The notes beneath the pieces were generated by a model. The model was given only the letters and a program-made list of their open reading frames with translations. It made no database searches and was not told the DNA's origin. A program made the position numbers and the translations under genes. Positions 1 through 7,196 of a stretch of 64,000 nt of DNA are shown in pieces. Source of the stretch: Clostridia bacterium. GTDB lineage: Bacteria > Bacillota > Clostridia > Christensenellales > DTU072. Location: assembly GCA_017533505.1 (NCBI GenBank), contig JAFXIB010000089.1, forward strand, positions 2,009 to 66,008, written 5' to 3'. The first letter of the stretch is position 1. Every line of letters begins with the position of its first letter.

Positions 1-132
1 GGAGAAGGTAATGGTCTTGGACTATCCCTTGTAAAAAAGGTCATCGATGTGCTCGGTGGCACAATAAATGTACAAAGTGAAGTGGGTGTTGGCTCTACTT
101 TTACTATAAGACTAAAGGGCAGAAATGAATAA
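1..132 (+). CDS. Sensor histidine kinase, C-terminal fragment (HATPase_c); 5' part lies outside the window
   Basis: Frame 1 reads [43 protein letters not shown] then TAA. The GxGLGLS and GSTF motifs are the G2-box/ATP-lid end of HATPase_c kinases. Confidence 0.8.
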   Translation, partial: GEGNGLGLSLVKKVIDVLGGTINVQSEVGVGSTFTIRLKGRNE

Positions 133-1084
133 AAACCATAACCATAAATTTGATATAAAAGGTTGGCATCTTGCCATACTATATCCACTAACAATTCTAT
201 CGATTGTTGGCTCTTTAGTTTTGCTTACAATTAATATTGATAGCAACTGGGTAGATATAGCATCTTACATCGTTTTTTGTATTGCTGCTCTTTCTCTTGG
301 CTTATCTATATATACATTTGTTAAATTTGGGCCCACCATTGCAAAAAACATAGAAAAATGGCTACGAAAAAATGCTTTTATAGACCGCTTGTTTGCTCAT
401 TATGACTTCCGTACCATAGTGTTTAACACCATCAACTTTATAATTAATATCGGCTATGTTGTATTCAATGCAATAATCGGCATTGTATCAAAATCGGTAT
501 GGTATGGTTCACTTGCTGCATACTATCTTATCCTAACTATTATGCGCGGTGTTATAGTTATGTATCACGGCAAAAATGCCCTACTTAAAATTAAGCGTCC
601 CGAAGAATACGAAAGTATGAGCGATAAACAAGTTGAACTTCGTCTATATCGCCTAAATGGTGTGCTTTTGATTTTACTTCCTATTGCCTTGTCCTTTGTT
701 ATCCTTGATATGGTACAAAACGGCTCGGCTTTTGTAAAATGGGGTTGGACGGTGTTCGGTTTTGCAGCGATAGCTTTCTACAAGGTTATTGCATCCATAG
801 TACAAATTATAAAATCACGCAAAAAAAGTGAAGACTATACTATTTATGGCTTGAGAAACATTGGCTTTGCAGCTGCTCTTGTAACAATATTGAGCTTGCA
901 AACATCACTACTACACTCATTTGGCTCTACTGACTTTAATTCAGCTTACGCAAATGCAGCAACTGGCGCTGGTGTATGTGCCGTTACTGCTATAATGGGC
1001 GCTATCATGATAATCGGCTCATCAAAAAAAATTAAACTACTAAATATAGAAGAAAAGGAACATCAAAACACAAATGAACAATAA
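125..1084 (+). CDS. Polytopic integral membrane protein, function unknown
   Basis: 319-aa ORF with about 8 hydrophobic segments. Its ATG overlaps the kinase stop (ATGAATAA), which suggests translational coupling. I recognised no family motif. Confidence 0.6.
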   Translation: MNKNHNHKFDIKGWHLAILYPLTILSIVGSLVLLTINIDSNWVDIASYIVFCIAALSLGLSIYTFVKFGPTIAKNIEKWLRKNAFIDRLFAHYDFRTIVFNTINFIINIGYVVFNAIIGIVSKSVWYGSLAAYYLILTIMRGVIVMYHGKNALLKIKRPEEYESMSDKQVELRLYRLNGVLLILLPIALSFVILDMVQNGSAFVKWGWTVFGFAAIAFYKVIASIVQIIKSRKKSEDYTIYGLRNIGFAAALVTILSLQTSLLHSFGSTDFNSAYANAATGAGVCAVTAIMGAIMIIGSSKKIKLLNIEEKEHQNTNEQ

Positions 1085-1469
1085 GGAAAAATTTGAATAT
1101 ACCTATACTGCCCTATCAGAAAAAGAGCGTCAAGAAGTATTGAGCATAAAAGACAACTATACTCCTACTCCTCATAAAAAAGAAACAAAGCTTGAACGCT
1201 TGAGAAAATTGGACAACAAAGTAACAAACAATGCCACCATAATTGCTTTGATATTAAGCATACCCGGGGTATTGATTTTTGGTACTGGCATAACTATGGT
1301 TTTAGAGTGGAATTTGATTATATGGGGAATCATTGTTGGGATTATTGGCGCTATACCAATAGCTCTTGCATATCCTGCTTACAAATATGTGTTGAATAAA
1401 AACAAGAAAAAATATGGGGCAGAAATACTAAAACTATCAGAAGAACTTTTGGAAATCAAAAATAAATAA
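1074..1469 (+). CDS. Small membrane protein (soluble N-terminus plus a two-helix hairpin), paralog of 1615..1953
   Basis: 131-aa ORF overlapping the upstream gene by 11 nt. It has a charged N-terminal part (LERLRKLDNKV), two TM helices, then a KKKYGAEILKLSEELL tail. The 1615..1953 product has the same layout. Confidence 0.6.
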   Translation: MNNKEKFEYTYTALSEKERQEVLSIKDNYTPTPHKKETKLERLRKLDNKVTNNATIIALILSIPGVLIFGTGITMVLEWNLIIWGIIVGIIGAIPIALAYPAYKYVLNKNKKKYGAEILKLSEELLEIKNK

Positions 1470-1477
1470 AGGAATAC

Positions 1478-1507
1478 AAAAGGCGACCTAAAATTGGTCG
1501 CCTTTTT
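1478..1507 (+). terminator. Rho-independent terminator
   Basis: aaaaggcgacc-taaaatt-ggtcgccttttt: a GC-rich 10-bp stem followed by a T-run, directly after the stop at 1469. Confidence 0.8.
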
Positions 1508-1614
1508 CAAAACTTTAACAAAACTTAACGAAACATTTACAAGTCTTTATTTTTTCTTTTACATCCAAATCATATAATTTACTTGTAAAAACAAAACAAG
1601 GAGACACAATAAAT

Positions 1615-1953
1615 ATGAACCAACAAGAATACGCAAAAAAGATAGCACAAAGTTACCAAGAAAAAACAATTACTCCAGTAGACACTCTCAAAAAAATGGA
1701 TAGAAAAATCAAGCGTCCAGCAAATATTTTTGCATATACATTTGGCACAATTTCTGCATTAGTACTTGGCGTAGGTATGTGCCTTGCTATGAAAGTTTTG
1801 GCTGATCTTATGGCATTAGGTATTGTTATTGGCGTAATTGGCATTGCAATGTGCTTGCTAACATACCCAATATACAAAAAAATACTAACTTCTGCAAAAA
1901 AGAAGAATGCAAGCGCAATAATCAAACTTTCAAACGAAATTTTAAATGCATAG
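1615..1953 (+). CDS. Small membrane protein, paralog of 1074..1469
   Basis: 112-aa ORF with RBS aaggaga 8 nt upstream. Same architecture as its paralog (LKKMDRKIKRP, two TM helices, KKKNASAIIKLSNEIL tail). Confidence 0.6.
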   Translation: MNQQEYAKKIAQSYQEKTITPVDTLKKMDRKIKRPANIFAYTFGTISALVLGVGMCLAMKVLADLMALGIVIGVIGIAMCLLTYPIYKKILTSAKKKNASAIIKLSNEILNA

Positions 1954-1963
1954 GTTAAATAAT

Positions 1964-1998
1964 AAAAAAGCAGGTAGCTGGCTACCTGCTTTCATTTT
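1964..1998. terminator. Bidirectional rho-independent terminator
   Basis: aaaaaagcaggtagc-tg-gctacctgctttcatttt. The 10-bp stem has an A-run on one side and a T-rich run on the other. It sits between the convergent genes ending at 1953 (+) and 2002 (-). Confidence 0.75.
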
Positions 1999-2001
1999 AT
2001 C

Positions 2002-2157
2002 TTATTCTTCTTCGCTGAAATCTTCCTTGCCTACGCCACAAAGGGGGCAAACAAAATCTTCTGGTAGATCGTTCCAAGCTGTAGCTTCAATACCATTATC
2101 TGGATCGCCTACTGCTTCGTCATAAACCCAACCACAAATGTTACATACATACTTCAT
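2002..2157 (-). CDS. Rubredoxin
   Basis: A 51-aa ORF, too short for the supplied track: [51 protein letters not shown]. It has the two CxxCG knuckles and conserved W/Y/F of rubredoxin. RBS ggaggaac lies upstream. Confidence 0.9.
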   Translation of the reverse strand: MKYVCNICGWVYDEAVGDPDNGIEATAWNDLPEDFVCPLCGVGKEDFSEEE

Positions 2158-2172
2158 AGAAAGTTCCTCCAA

Positions 2173-3963
2173 TTATTGTATTTTTTCAAAATCTACTGCA
2201 CCATGTTTACATAATGGGCAGATGAAATCTTCTGGTAGTGGATCGCCTTCATAGACATAACCACAAATCTTGCAAACATAACCTTTCTTACCATCAACTT
2301 GGGGCTTTGGCTTTACATTTGCGTGATAGTAAGCATAGGTCATAGTTTCTCTGTCAGAAATAACTCTTGCTTCGGTTACTGAACAAATAAACATACCATG
2401 AGTTTCCATATCTATATATTGCTCAACTTTAAGCGACATAAATGAATTGATGTTGCGTGGTAGGAAGATGAGTCCATTGTCAGAACGAAGGGGCTCACAG
2501 CCTTCAAACTTATCAACATTTCTACCACTTTGGAAGCCAAACTTTTCAAACACTTGGAATGGAGCATCTATTGTAAGTGTGTTGACATTCATCTTTCCAG
2601 TTTGCTTGATGATATGATGTGAATAGTTCTCTTTGTTGATAGTTACGGCTACTCTATTTGGCATATTGGTAACCTGTGTAACGGTATTAACGATAAGACC
2701 ATTATCTTTTTTGCCATCGTTTGATGTTACAACATATAGTCCATAACCAATGTTGAACAATGCACTCATATCACTCTTATTAGCTGTATCATCCCTTCTT
2801 GCTAAATACTCGCGTGATAGCTCGTCGGCAAGGCTTTCGATTTGTGAGGAGCTATCTTCATTTAGAGCAGACATAATCTTTACGGTGGCATCGGTGTATG
2901 TTAGGTTTTTGCTATTTTCAAGCATACCCTTCATAACCTTTGTTGCCATAGGTGCCCATGAGCCATTTTCAATGAAAGCTATAGTGCGATTTTGATAGTT
3001 TCTTTCGGTAAGATGCTCAATAAACTCACGCATAAATGGGAAGATGTCTGCGTTATAAGTTGTAGTTGCAAGTACAAGCTTACCATATCTAAAAGCATCT
3101 TCAACAGCTTCTGCCATATCACATCTTGCAAGGTCGTTTACAACCACTTTAGGGCATCCGTTTGCCTTGAGCTTTTCTGCAAGAAGCATAACTGCCTTTT
3201 TAGTGTTGCTATATACTGATGTGTATGCAATAACTATACCTTCCGATTCCACTTGATAGCTTGACCAAATGTCATAAAGGTTGATGTAGTAGCCAAGGTT
3301 TTCATTTAGTACTGGTCCATGCAAAGGACAGATAATACTAATGTCAAGTCCAGATGCTTTTTTAAGAAGGCTTTGCACTTGTGCGCCATATTTACCAACA
3401 ATACCAATGTAGTATCTTCTTGCTTCACATGCCCAATCCTCTTCTACATCGAGAGCACCAAACTTACCAAATCCATCAGCAGAGAACAATACCTTGTCAG
3501 TTGCATCGTAGGTTACGATAACTTCAGGCCAGTGTACCATTGGAGCTGTTACAAATGTAAGATTGTGTTTACCAAGTGATAGAGTTGAACCTTCCCCTAC
3601 TATAATCCTTCTATCCTCAAAATCGGTGCCAAAGAAGTTCTTCATCATTTGGAATGCCTTTTGTGAAGATACAACTTTTGCATTAGGATAAAGCTTAAGG
3701 AAGTTAACAATGTTTGCAGAGTGGTCTGGTTCCATATGTTGGACGATAAGATAGTCAGGCTTTCTTGCGCCAAGCGTGTTTTGGATATTATCCAACCACT
3801 CATGGGTAAAGTTAGCATCTACTGTATCCATAATAGCAATTTTGTCATCAATGATTGCATATGAATTGTATGACATGCCATTTGGTACAACATATTGTCC
3901 CTCAAACAAATCAACCTTGTGGTCATTTACGCCAATATACTTGATATCGTTTGTGATTTTCAT
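2173..3963 (-). CDS. Multidomain flavodiiron protein (metallo-beta-lactamase-like diiron + flavodoxin-like + flavin-reductase-like + C-terminal rubredoxin domain)
   Basis: Diiron ligand motif HMEPDH, then PMVHWPE, FSADGFG and CPLHGP. A flavodoxin-like IVIAYTSVYSNTKKA segment follows, then a flavin-reductase-like FNIGYGLYVVTSNDGKKDNGLIVNT. The C-terminus is YVCKICGYVYEGDPLPEDFICPLCKHG. Confidence 0.9.
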   Translation of the reverse strand: MKITNDIKYIGVNDHKVDLFEGQYVVPNGMSYNSYAIIDDKIAIMDTVDANFTHEWLDNIQNTLGARKPDYLIVQHMEPDHSANIVNFLKLYPNAKVVSSQKAFQMMKNFFGTDFEDRRIIVGEGSTLSLGKHNLTFVTAPMVHWPEVIVTYDATDKVLFSADGFGKFGALDVEEDWACEARRYYIGIVGKYGAQVQSLLKKASGLDISIICPLHGPVLNENLGYYINLYDIWSSYQVESEGIVIAYTSVYSNTKKAVMLLAEKLKANGCPKVVVNDLARCDMAEAVEDAFRYGKLVLATTTYNADIFPFMREFIEHLTERNYQNRTIAFIENGSWAPMATKVMKGMLENSKNLTYTDATVKIMSALNEDSSSQIESLADELSREYLARRDDTANKSDMSALFNIGYGLYVVTSNDGKKDNGLIVNTVTQVTNMPNRVAVTINKENYSHHIIKQTGKMNVNTLTIDAPFQVFEKFGFQSGRNVDKFEGCEPLRSDNGLIFLPRNINSFMSLKVEQYIDMETHGMFICSVTEARVISDRETMTYAYYHANVKPKPQVDGKKGYVCKICGYVYEGDPLPEDFICPLCKHGAVDFEKIQ

Positions 3964-4002
3964 ATCAAAATCCCCTTGAATATTGTTCTTATCTATTATA
4001 GC

Positions 4003-4028
4003 ATATCTTTAATTGGAATTAAAGATAT
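4003..4028. promoter_or_regulatory. 26-nt perfect palindrome (12-2-12) between the 4Fe-4S gene and the flavodiiron gene; candidate operator or weak terminator
   Basis: ATATCTTTAATT-GG-AATTAAAGATAT. On the minus strand it is followed immediately by gcTATAATag, so it occupies the -35 position of a putative flavodiiron-gene promoter. Confidence 0.35.
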
Positions 4029-4753
4029 TAATCCAAAATTTTTCCATCAGTTGAAATTGTTACAACTTGCCATGGTATAAACTTGCCACTATCCTTGAGA
4101 GCGCGCTTAACAGCACTCTCAATACCACCGCAGCAGGGAACCTCCATTCTTACTACTTTTACACTCTTAATATCATTGTTACTGATGATAGCAAGGAGCT
4201 TATCATAGTAGTCGCCGGCATCAAGCTTTGGGCATCCAATTAGTGTAATATGGTTTCTTATAAAGTCGTTATGAAAGTTACCATAAGCATATGCCGTACA
4301 GTCTGCTGCAATGAGCAAGTTTGCTCCATCAAAGTAAGGTGCATTGACCGGCACAAGCTTTATTTGACAAGGCCATTGTATAAGCTGACTTTGCACGCTA
4401 TCTCTTTTCAAAGGCTCTTGTGGGGCTCTCTTCATTGACTTAACATTCATACCAAGACAACCACATGGAAGTGGAGCACTCTCTGCTTTTTTGGCTTCAA
4501 TCACAGCCTTTTCGTCATATTCGGGAGCTTCTCTCTCTTCAAAGCTGATTGCTCCAGTTGGACAGGTAGGCAAGCAATCTCCAAGCCCATCACAATAATG
4601 CTCACGAGTAAGCTTTGCTACTCCGTTTACCATTTCAATAGCACCCTCGTGACAAGCTGTTGCACAAGCACCACATCCATTACATTTTTCTTCATCTATT
4701 TTGATTATCTTTCTTATCATATCTTTTTCCTTTCCATTAGAAACATTTACCAC
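4028..4753 (-). CDS. 4Fe-4S dicluster domain protein with a Cys-rich C-terminal domain
   Basis: CNGCGACATACHEGAI and CDGLGDCLPTCPTGAI are two ferredoxin-type CxxCxxCxxxCP motifs. Additional CPKLD and PCCGG motifs occur further on. The start overlaps the ldhA stop. Confidence 0.75.
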   Translation of the reverse strand: MVNVSNGKEKDMIRKIIKIDEEKCNGCGACATACHEGAIEMVNGVAKLTREHYCDGLGDCLPTCPTGAISFEEREAPEYDEKAVIEAKKAESAPLPCGCLGMNVKSMKRAPQEPLKRDSVQSQLIQWPCQIKLVPVNAPYFDGANLLIAADCTAYAYGNFHNDFIRNHITLIGCPKLDAGDYYDKLLAIISNNDIKSVKVVRMEVPCCGGIESAVKRALKDSGKFIPWQVVTISTDGKILD

Positions 4754-5771
4754 TTCTGCAGTCTACTGCACTTCCACCACGATAGCAAAGTTCATTTGGA
4801 CACTCTTTATTCCTACTATACTCTACAATATTATTTATCGTTGTTTCGGCTATATTCATCAAGGCTTCTTCGGTTAAGAACGCTTGATGTGAGGTTACAA
4901 TCACATTGGGCATTGAGATTAACCTTGCCAAAATATCATCGTCAAGTATGTGCCCAGAGTAGTCTTCAAAGAAGAAGTCTGCCTCTTCTTCGTAAACATC
5001 CAAGCAAGCACCACCTACTTTCCTTGCCTTGATGGCTTTGAGCAATGCTTCGGCATCTACAAGTGCACCACGCGATGTATTGAGTATGATTACTCCCTTT
5101 TTGCACTTTTCAAGTGATTGTTCATCTATAATATGATAGGTGTCTTCTGTCAAAGGGCAATGGAGTGATATTATATCAGCCTTTTCAAAAAGCTCATTAA
5201 GTTCGACATACTTTATATTTTCTCCATCTTCTAAACCCTCATATGGATACTTGTCATAAGCAAGAACTTTCATGCCGAATCCACGGCAAATATTGATGAA
5301 TACCCTACCAATTCTACCAGTACCGATTACGCCTACCGTTTTACCATAAAGGTCACATCCAGTCATGCCGGAAAGACTAAAATTGAAGTCGCGAGTGCGA
5401 ATGTATGCCTTGTGAATACGCCTAATAGATGTAAGTAACATCGCCATTGTATGCTCTGCAACTGCATATGGTGAGTATGCTGGCACCCTCAAAACATGAA
5501 TTTTGCCATATGCGTACTTTATATCTACATTGTTAAATCCTGCACATCTCAATGCTACAAGATTTACGCCATAATCGACAAGCTTATCAATTACTACGCT
5601 ATTAACATTATCGTTTACAAAAACACAAACGGCATCATATCCTTCTGCCAAAGAAGCTGTATCCTCGTTTAGCTTGGTTTCAAAATATTTTATGGTTATA
5701 CCCTGTTCCTTTGCGTACCTATCAAAAGAAGGCTTATCATAAGGTTTGGTATCAAAAAAAGCTATTTTCAT
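4737..5771 (-). CDS. ldhA: D-lactate dehydrogenase (D-isomer 2-hydroxyacid dehydrogenase)
   Basis: Collinear with E. coli LdhA as I recall it: LRCAGFNNVD, VPAYSPYAVAEH, GVIGTGRIG (NAD fold), NTSRGALVD, DVYEEE, TSHQAF, CPNEL. RBS aaggagg lies upstream. It carries about 17 extra C-terminal residues with 3 Cys. Confidence 0.9.
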   Translation of the reverse strand: MKIAFFDTKPYDKPSFDRYAKEQGITIKYFETKLNEDTASLAEGYDAVCVFVNDNVNSVVIDKLVDYGVNLVALRCAGFNNVDIKYAYGKIHVLRVPAYSPYAVAEHTMAMLLTSIRRIHKAYIRTRDFNFSLSGMTGCDLYGKTVGVIGTGRIGRVFINICRGFGMKVLAYDKYPYEGLEDGENIKYVELNELFEKADIISLHCPLTEDTYHIIDEQSLEKCKKGVIILNTSRGALVDAEALLKAIKARKVGGACLDVYEEEADFFFEDYSGHILDDDILARLISMPNVIVTSHQAFLTEEALMNIAETTINNIVEYSRNKECPNELCYRGGSAVDCRSGKCF

Positions 5772-5825
5772 TATAAACCTCCTTGCTTTTATGCCCCAAT
5801 TATAGTATATTTATAATATAAAGTA

Positions 5826-5841
5826 TGTTGAAATTTCAACA
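5826..5841. promoter_or_regulatory. 16-nt perfect palindrome TGTTGAAATTTCAACA in the ldhA/crp divergent region; Rex-box-like or Crp/Fnr operator candidate
   Basis: Self-complementary over 16 nt. With flanks (ATGTTGAAATTTCAACAA) it matches the clostridial-type Rex consensus TTGTTAA-N4-TTAACAA at 11 of 14 specified positions. It lies 55 nt upstream of ldhA and just downstream of a + strand TATAAT. Confidence 0.4.
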
Positions 5842-5854
5842 AAAAGGGTTTTTT

Positions 5855-6511
5855 ATGAAAAAGTATTTACCTATTCTTAAAAAATGTGCTCTATTCCATG
5901 GCATTAGTGATGATGATATCATGCGCATACTTGGTTGCCTAAAGGCAAAAGTTATTGAGCTTGACAAAAAGTATACTGTTTTTAGAGAAGGTACAACACA
6001 AAAGCATATTGGCATTTTACTTTCAGGGTCATTACATCTTATAAGAATGGATTACTATGGCAATAGGAGCATTCTCTCTGGCGTAGAAGCTGGAGAAACC
6101 TTCCTTGAAGCCTTTGCTTGCACCGAGACTGAACTTCCCCTATCCGTTATTGCAGACGAGCCAAGTGAGGTTATGATAATTGATGTAAGACATGTTTTGC
6201 ACACTTGTTCCAATTGTTGTGCTTTCCACCAACATCTAATATTTAATATAATGAAAATCCTTGCTACAAAAAACATTGCTTTCCACCAAAAGATAGATAT
6301 CACTTCCAAGCGCTCCACTCGTGAAAAGCTACTCACTTATCTAAACTATCAATCAAAAAAAGTAAATAGCAATGAATTCAACATTCCATTTGATAGGCAA
6401 GAACTTGCAGACTATCTTGAAGTGGAAAGAAGTGGACTATCGATGGAAATAAGCAAACTAAAAAACGAGGGCGTGATTGATAGCTACAAGAATTATTTTA
6501 AATTGATGTGA
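5855..6511 (+). CDS. Crp/Fnr family transcriptional regulator
   Basis: N-terminal cNMP-binding-like beta-roll (LFHGISDDDI ... FREGT), C-terminal HTH (TREKLLTYL ... FDRQELADYLEVERSGLSMEISKLKNEGVI). I prefer the ATG at 5855 (MKKYLPIL). The track start at 5825 lies inside the palindrome. Confidence 0.85.
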   Translation: MKKYLPILKKCALFHGISDDDIMRILGCLKAKVIELDKKYTVFREGTTQKHIGILLSGSLHLIRMDYYGNRSILSGVEAGETFLEAFACTETELPLSVIADEPSEVMIIDVRHVLHTCSNCCAFHQHLIFNIMKILATKNIAFHQKIDITSKRSTREKLLTYLNYQSKKVNSNEFNIPFDRQELADYLEVERSGLSMEISKLKNEGVIDSYKNYFKLM

Positions 6512-6519
6512 TTTAATAA

Positions 6520-6968
6520 CTGTTCGGTTTACTCGTCAGGTTTGCTTACGCAAACTAACGCATCCCCCTCGCTAAAGCGAGTGAAAGTTAGTTTTCTGTT
6601 TGTACTTTTGTTGCTACATCAACTACTGTGGCGCGGCTTAAGGAGCCACTCAAAGTTGCTTTTACTTGGCTTACCACACAACGACCTATCACGATGCCCT
6701 GTGCGTTTACAGCTGTTCGGTTTACTCGTCAGGTTTGCTTACGCAAACTAGCGCATCCCCCTCGCTAAAGCGAGTGAAAGTTAGTTTTCTGTTTGTACTT
6801 TTGTTGTTACACCAACTACTGTGGCGCGGCTTAAGGAGCCACTCGAAGTTGCTTTTGATTGGCTTACCACACAACGACCTATCACGATGCCCTGTGCGTT
6901 TACTGCTGTTCGGTTTACTCGTCAGGTTTGCCTTGGACAAGGCAAACTAGCGCATCCCCCTCGCTAAA
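6520..6968. repeat. Tandem repeat, 193-bp unit x 2.3 (6520-6712, 6713-6905, partial 6906-6968), immediately downstream of tRNA-Arg
   Basis: Units 1 and 2 differ at 7 of 193 positions. Each unit contains an exact 18-nt copy of the tRNA-Arg 3' end (TGGCGCGGCTTAAGGAGC at 6629-6646 and 6822-6839) and two small hairpins. Confidence 0.9.
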
Positions 6969-7000
6969 GCGAGTGAGATGCGCTACTCCATTAGCCGAGC

Positions 7001-7039
7001 AAAACAAAAGGATGTACCGATGTGTACATCCTTTTGTTT
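7001..7039 (-). terminator. Rho-independent terminator of tRNA-Arg
   Basis: A 17-bp stem, aaaacaaaaggatgtac / gtacatccttttgtttt, with a 6-nt loop. It begins at the CCA end of the tRNA, and on the minus strand the 3' arm ends in UUUUGUUUU. Confidence 0.75.
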
Positions 7040-7116
7040 TGGCGCGGCTTAAGGAGCTCGAATCCCTAACCTTTGGTTCCGTAGACCAACGCTCTATCCA
7101 ATTGAGCTAAAGCCGC
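7040..7116 (-). tRNA. tRNA-Arg (anticodon ACG), CCA encoded
   Basis: Minus strand: GCGGCTT-TA-GCTC-AATTGGATA-GAGC-G-TTGGT-CTACGGA-ACCAA-AGGTT-AGGGA-TTCGAGC-TCCTT-AAGCCGC-G-CCA. This folds as a full cloverleaf with a 7-bp acceptor stem, T-loop TTCGAGC, and anticodon loop CT-ACG-GA. Confidence 0.95.
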
Positions 7117-7136
7117 ATATTCAGTCAACGATAGCT

Positions 7137-7165
7137 ATTATAGACTTATCGTTGACTTTTGTCAA
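7137..7165 (-). promoter_or_regulatory. Sigma-70/SigA-type promoter for tRNA-Arg
   Basis: Minus strand: TTGACA (7165-7160), 17-nt spacer, TATAAT (7142-7137). Both hexamers are consensus, about 20 nt upstream of the tRNA 5' end. Confidence 0.7.
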
Positions 7166-7196
7166 ATGATTTTTCTCTTTTATTTATGCTATTGTT

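Noticed and set aside
1653-1925. 90-aa minus-strand ORF antisense to the 112-aa membrane protein gene
   Set aside because: It lies fully inside the + strand gene, which has an RBS, a terminator and a paralog. The antisense ORF has none of these.
5825-5854. Upstream start of the Crp/Fnr ORF (MLKFQQKGFF...)
   Set aside because: These codons consist of the 16-nt palindrome and a T-run. The ATG at 5855 gives a typical N-terminus, so the upstream start was not used.
6520-6545. Hammerhead-ribozyme-like core CUGACGAG on the minus strand at the unit junction (…aaaccTGACGAGtaaaccGAACag…)
   Set aside because: Only 7 nt separate CUGACGA from GAA, too few for helix II. GAAC replaces GAAA, and I could not draw helices I and III with a NUH cleavage site. 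Most likely a chance match.
6520-6968. Possible CRISPR array
   Set aside because: The units are 193 bp and contiguous, with no unique spacers between short repeats, and no cas genes are in the window. This is a tandem duplication, not a CRISPR array.
6542-7110. ORFs of 69, 94, 72 and 83 aa running through the 193-bp tandem repeat and into the tRNA
   Set aside because: The repeat period (193) is not a multiple of 3, so the same DNA is read in different frames in successive units. One ORF runs into the antisense strand of the tRNA gene, and none has an RBS. They are artefacts of repeated, stop-poor sequence.
6512-7196. Integrated mobile element or prophage at tRNA-Arg (and likewise 50598..51018 at tRNA-Thr)
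   Set aside because: There are att-like duplications of the tRNA 3' ends, but no integrase, excisionase, transposase or cargo ORF between or beside them. At most these are remnants. They are reported as findings, not as mobile_element features.
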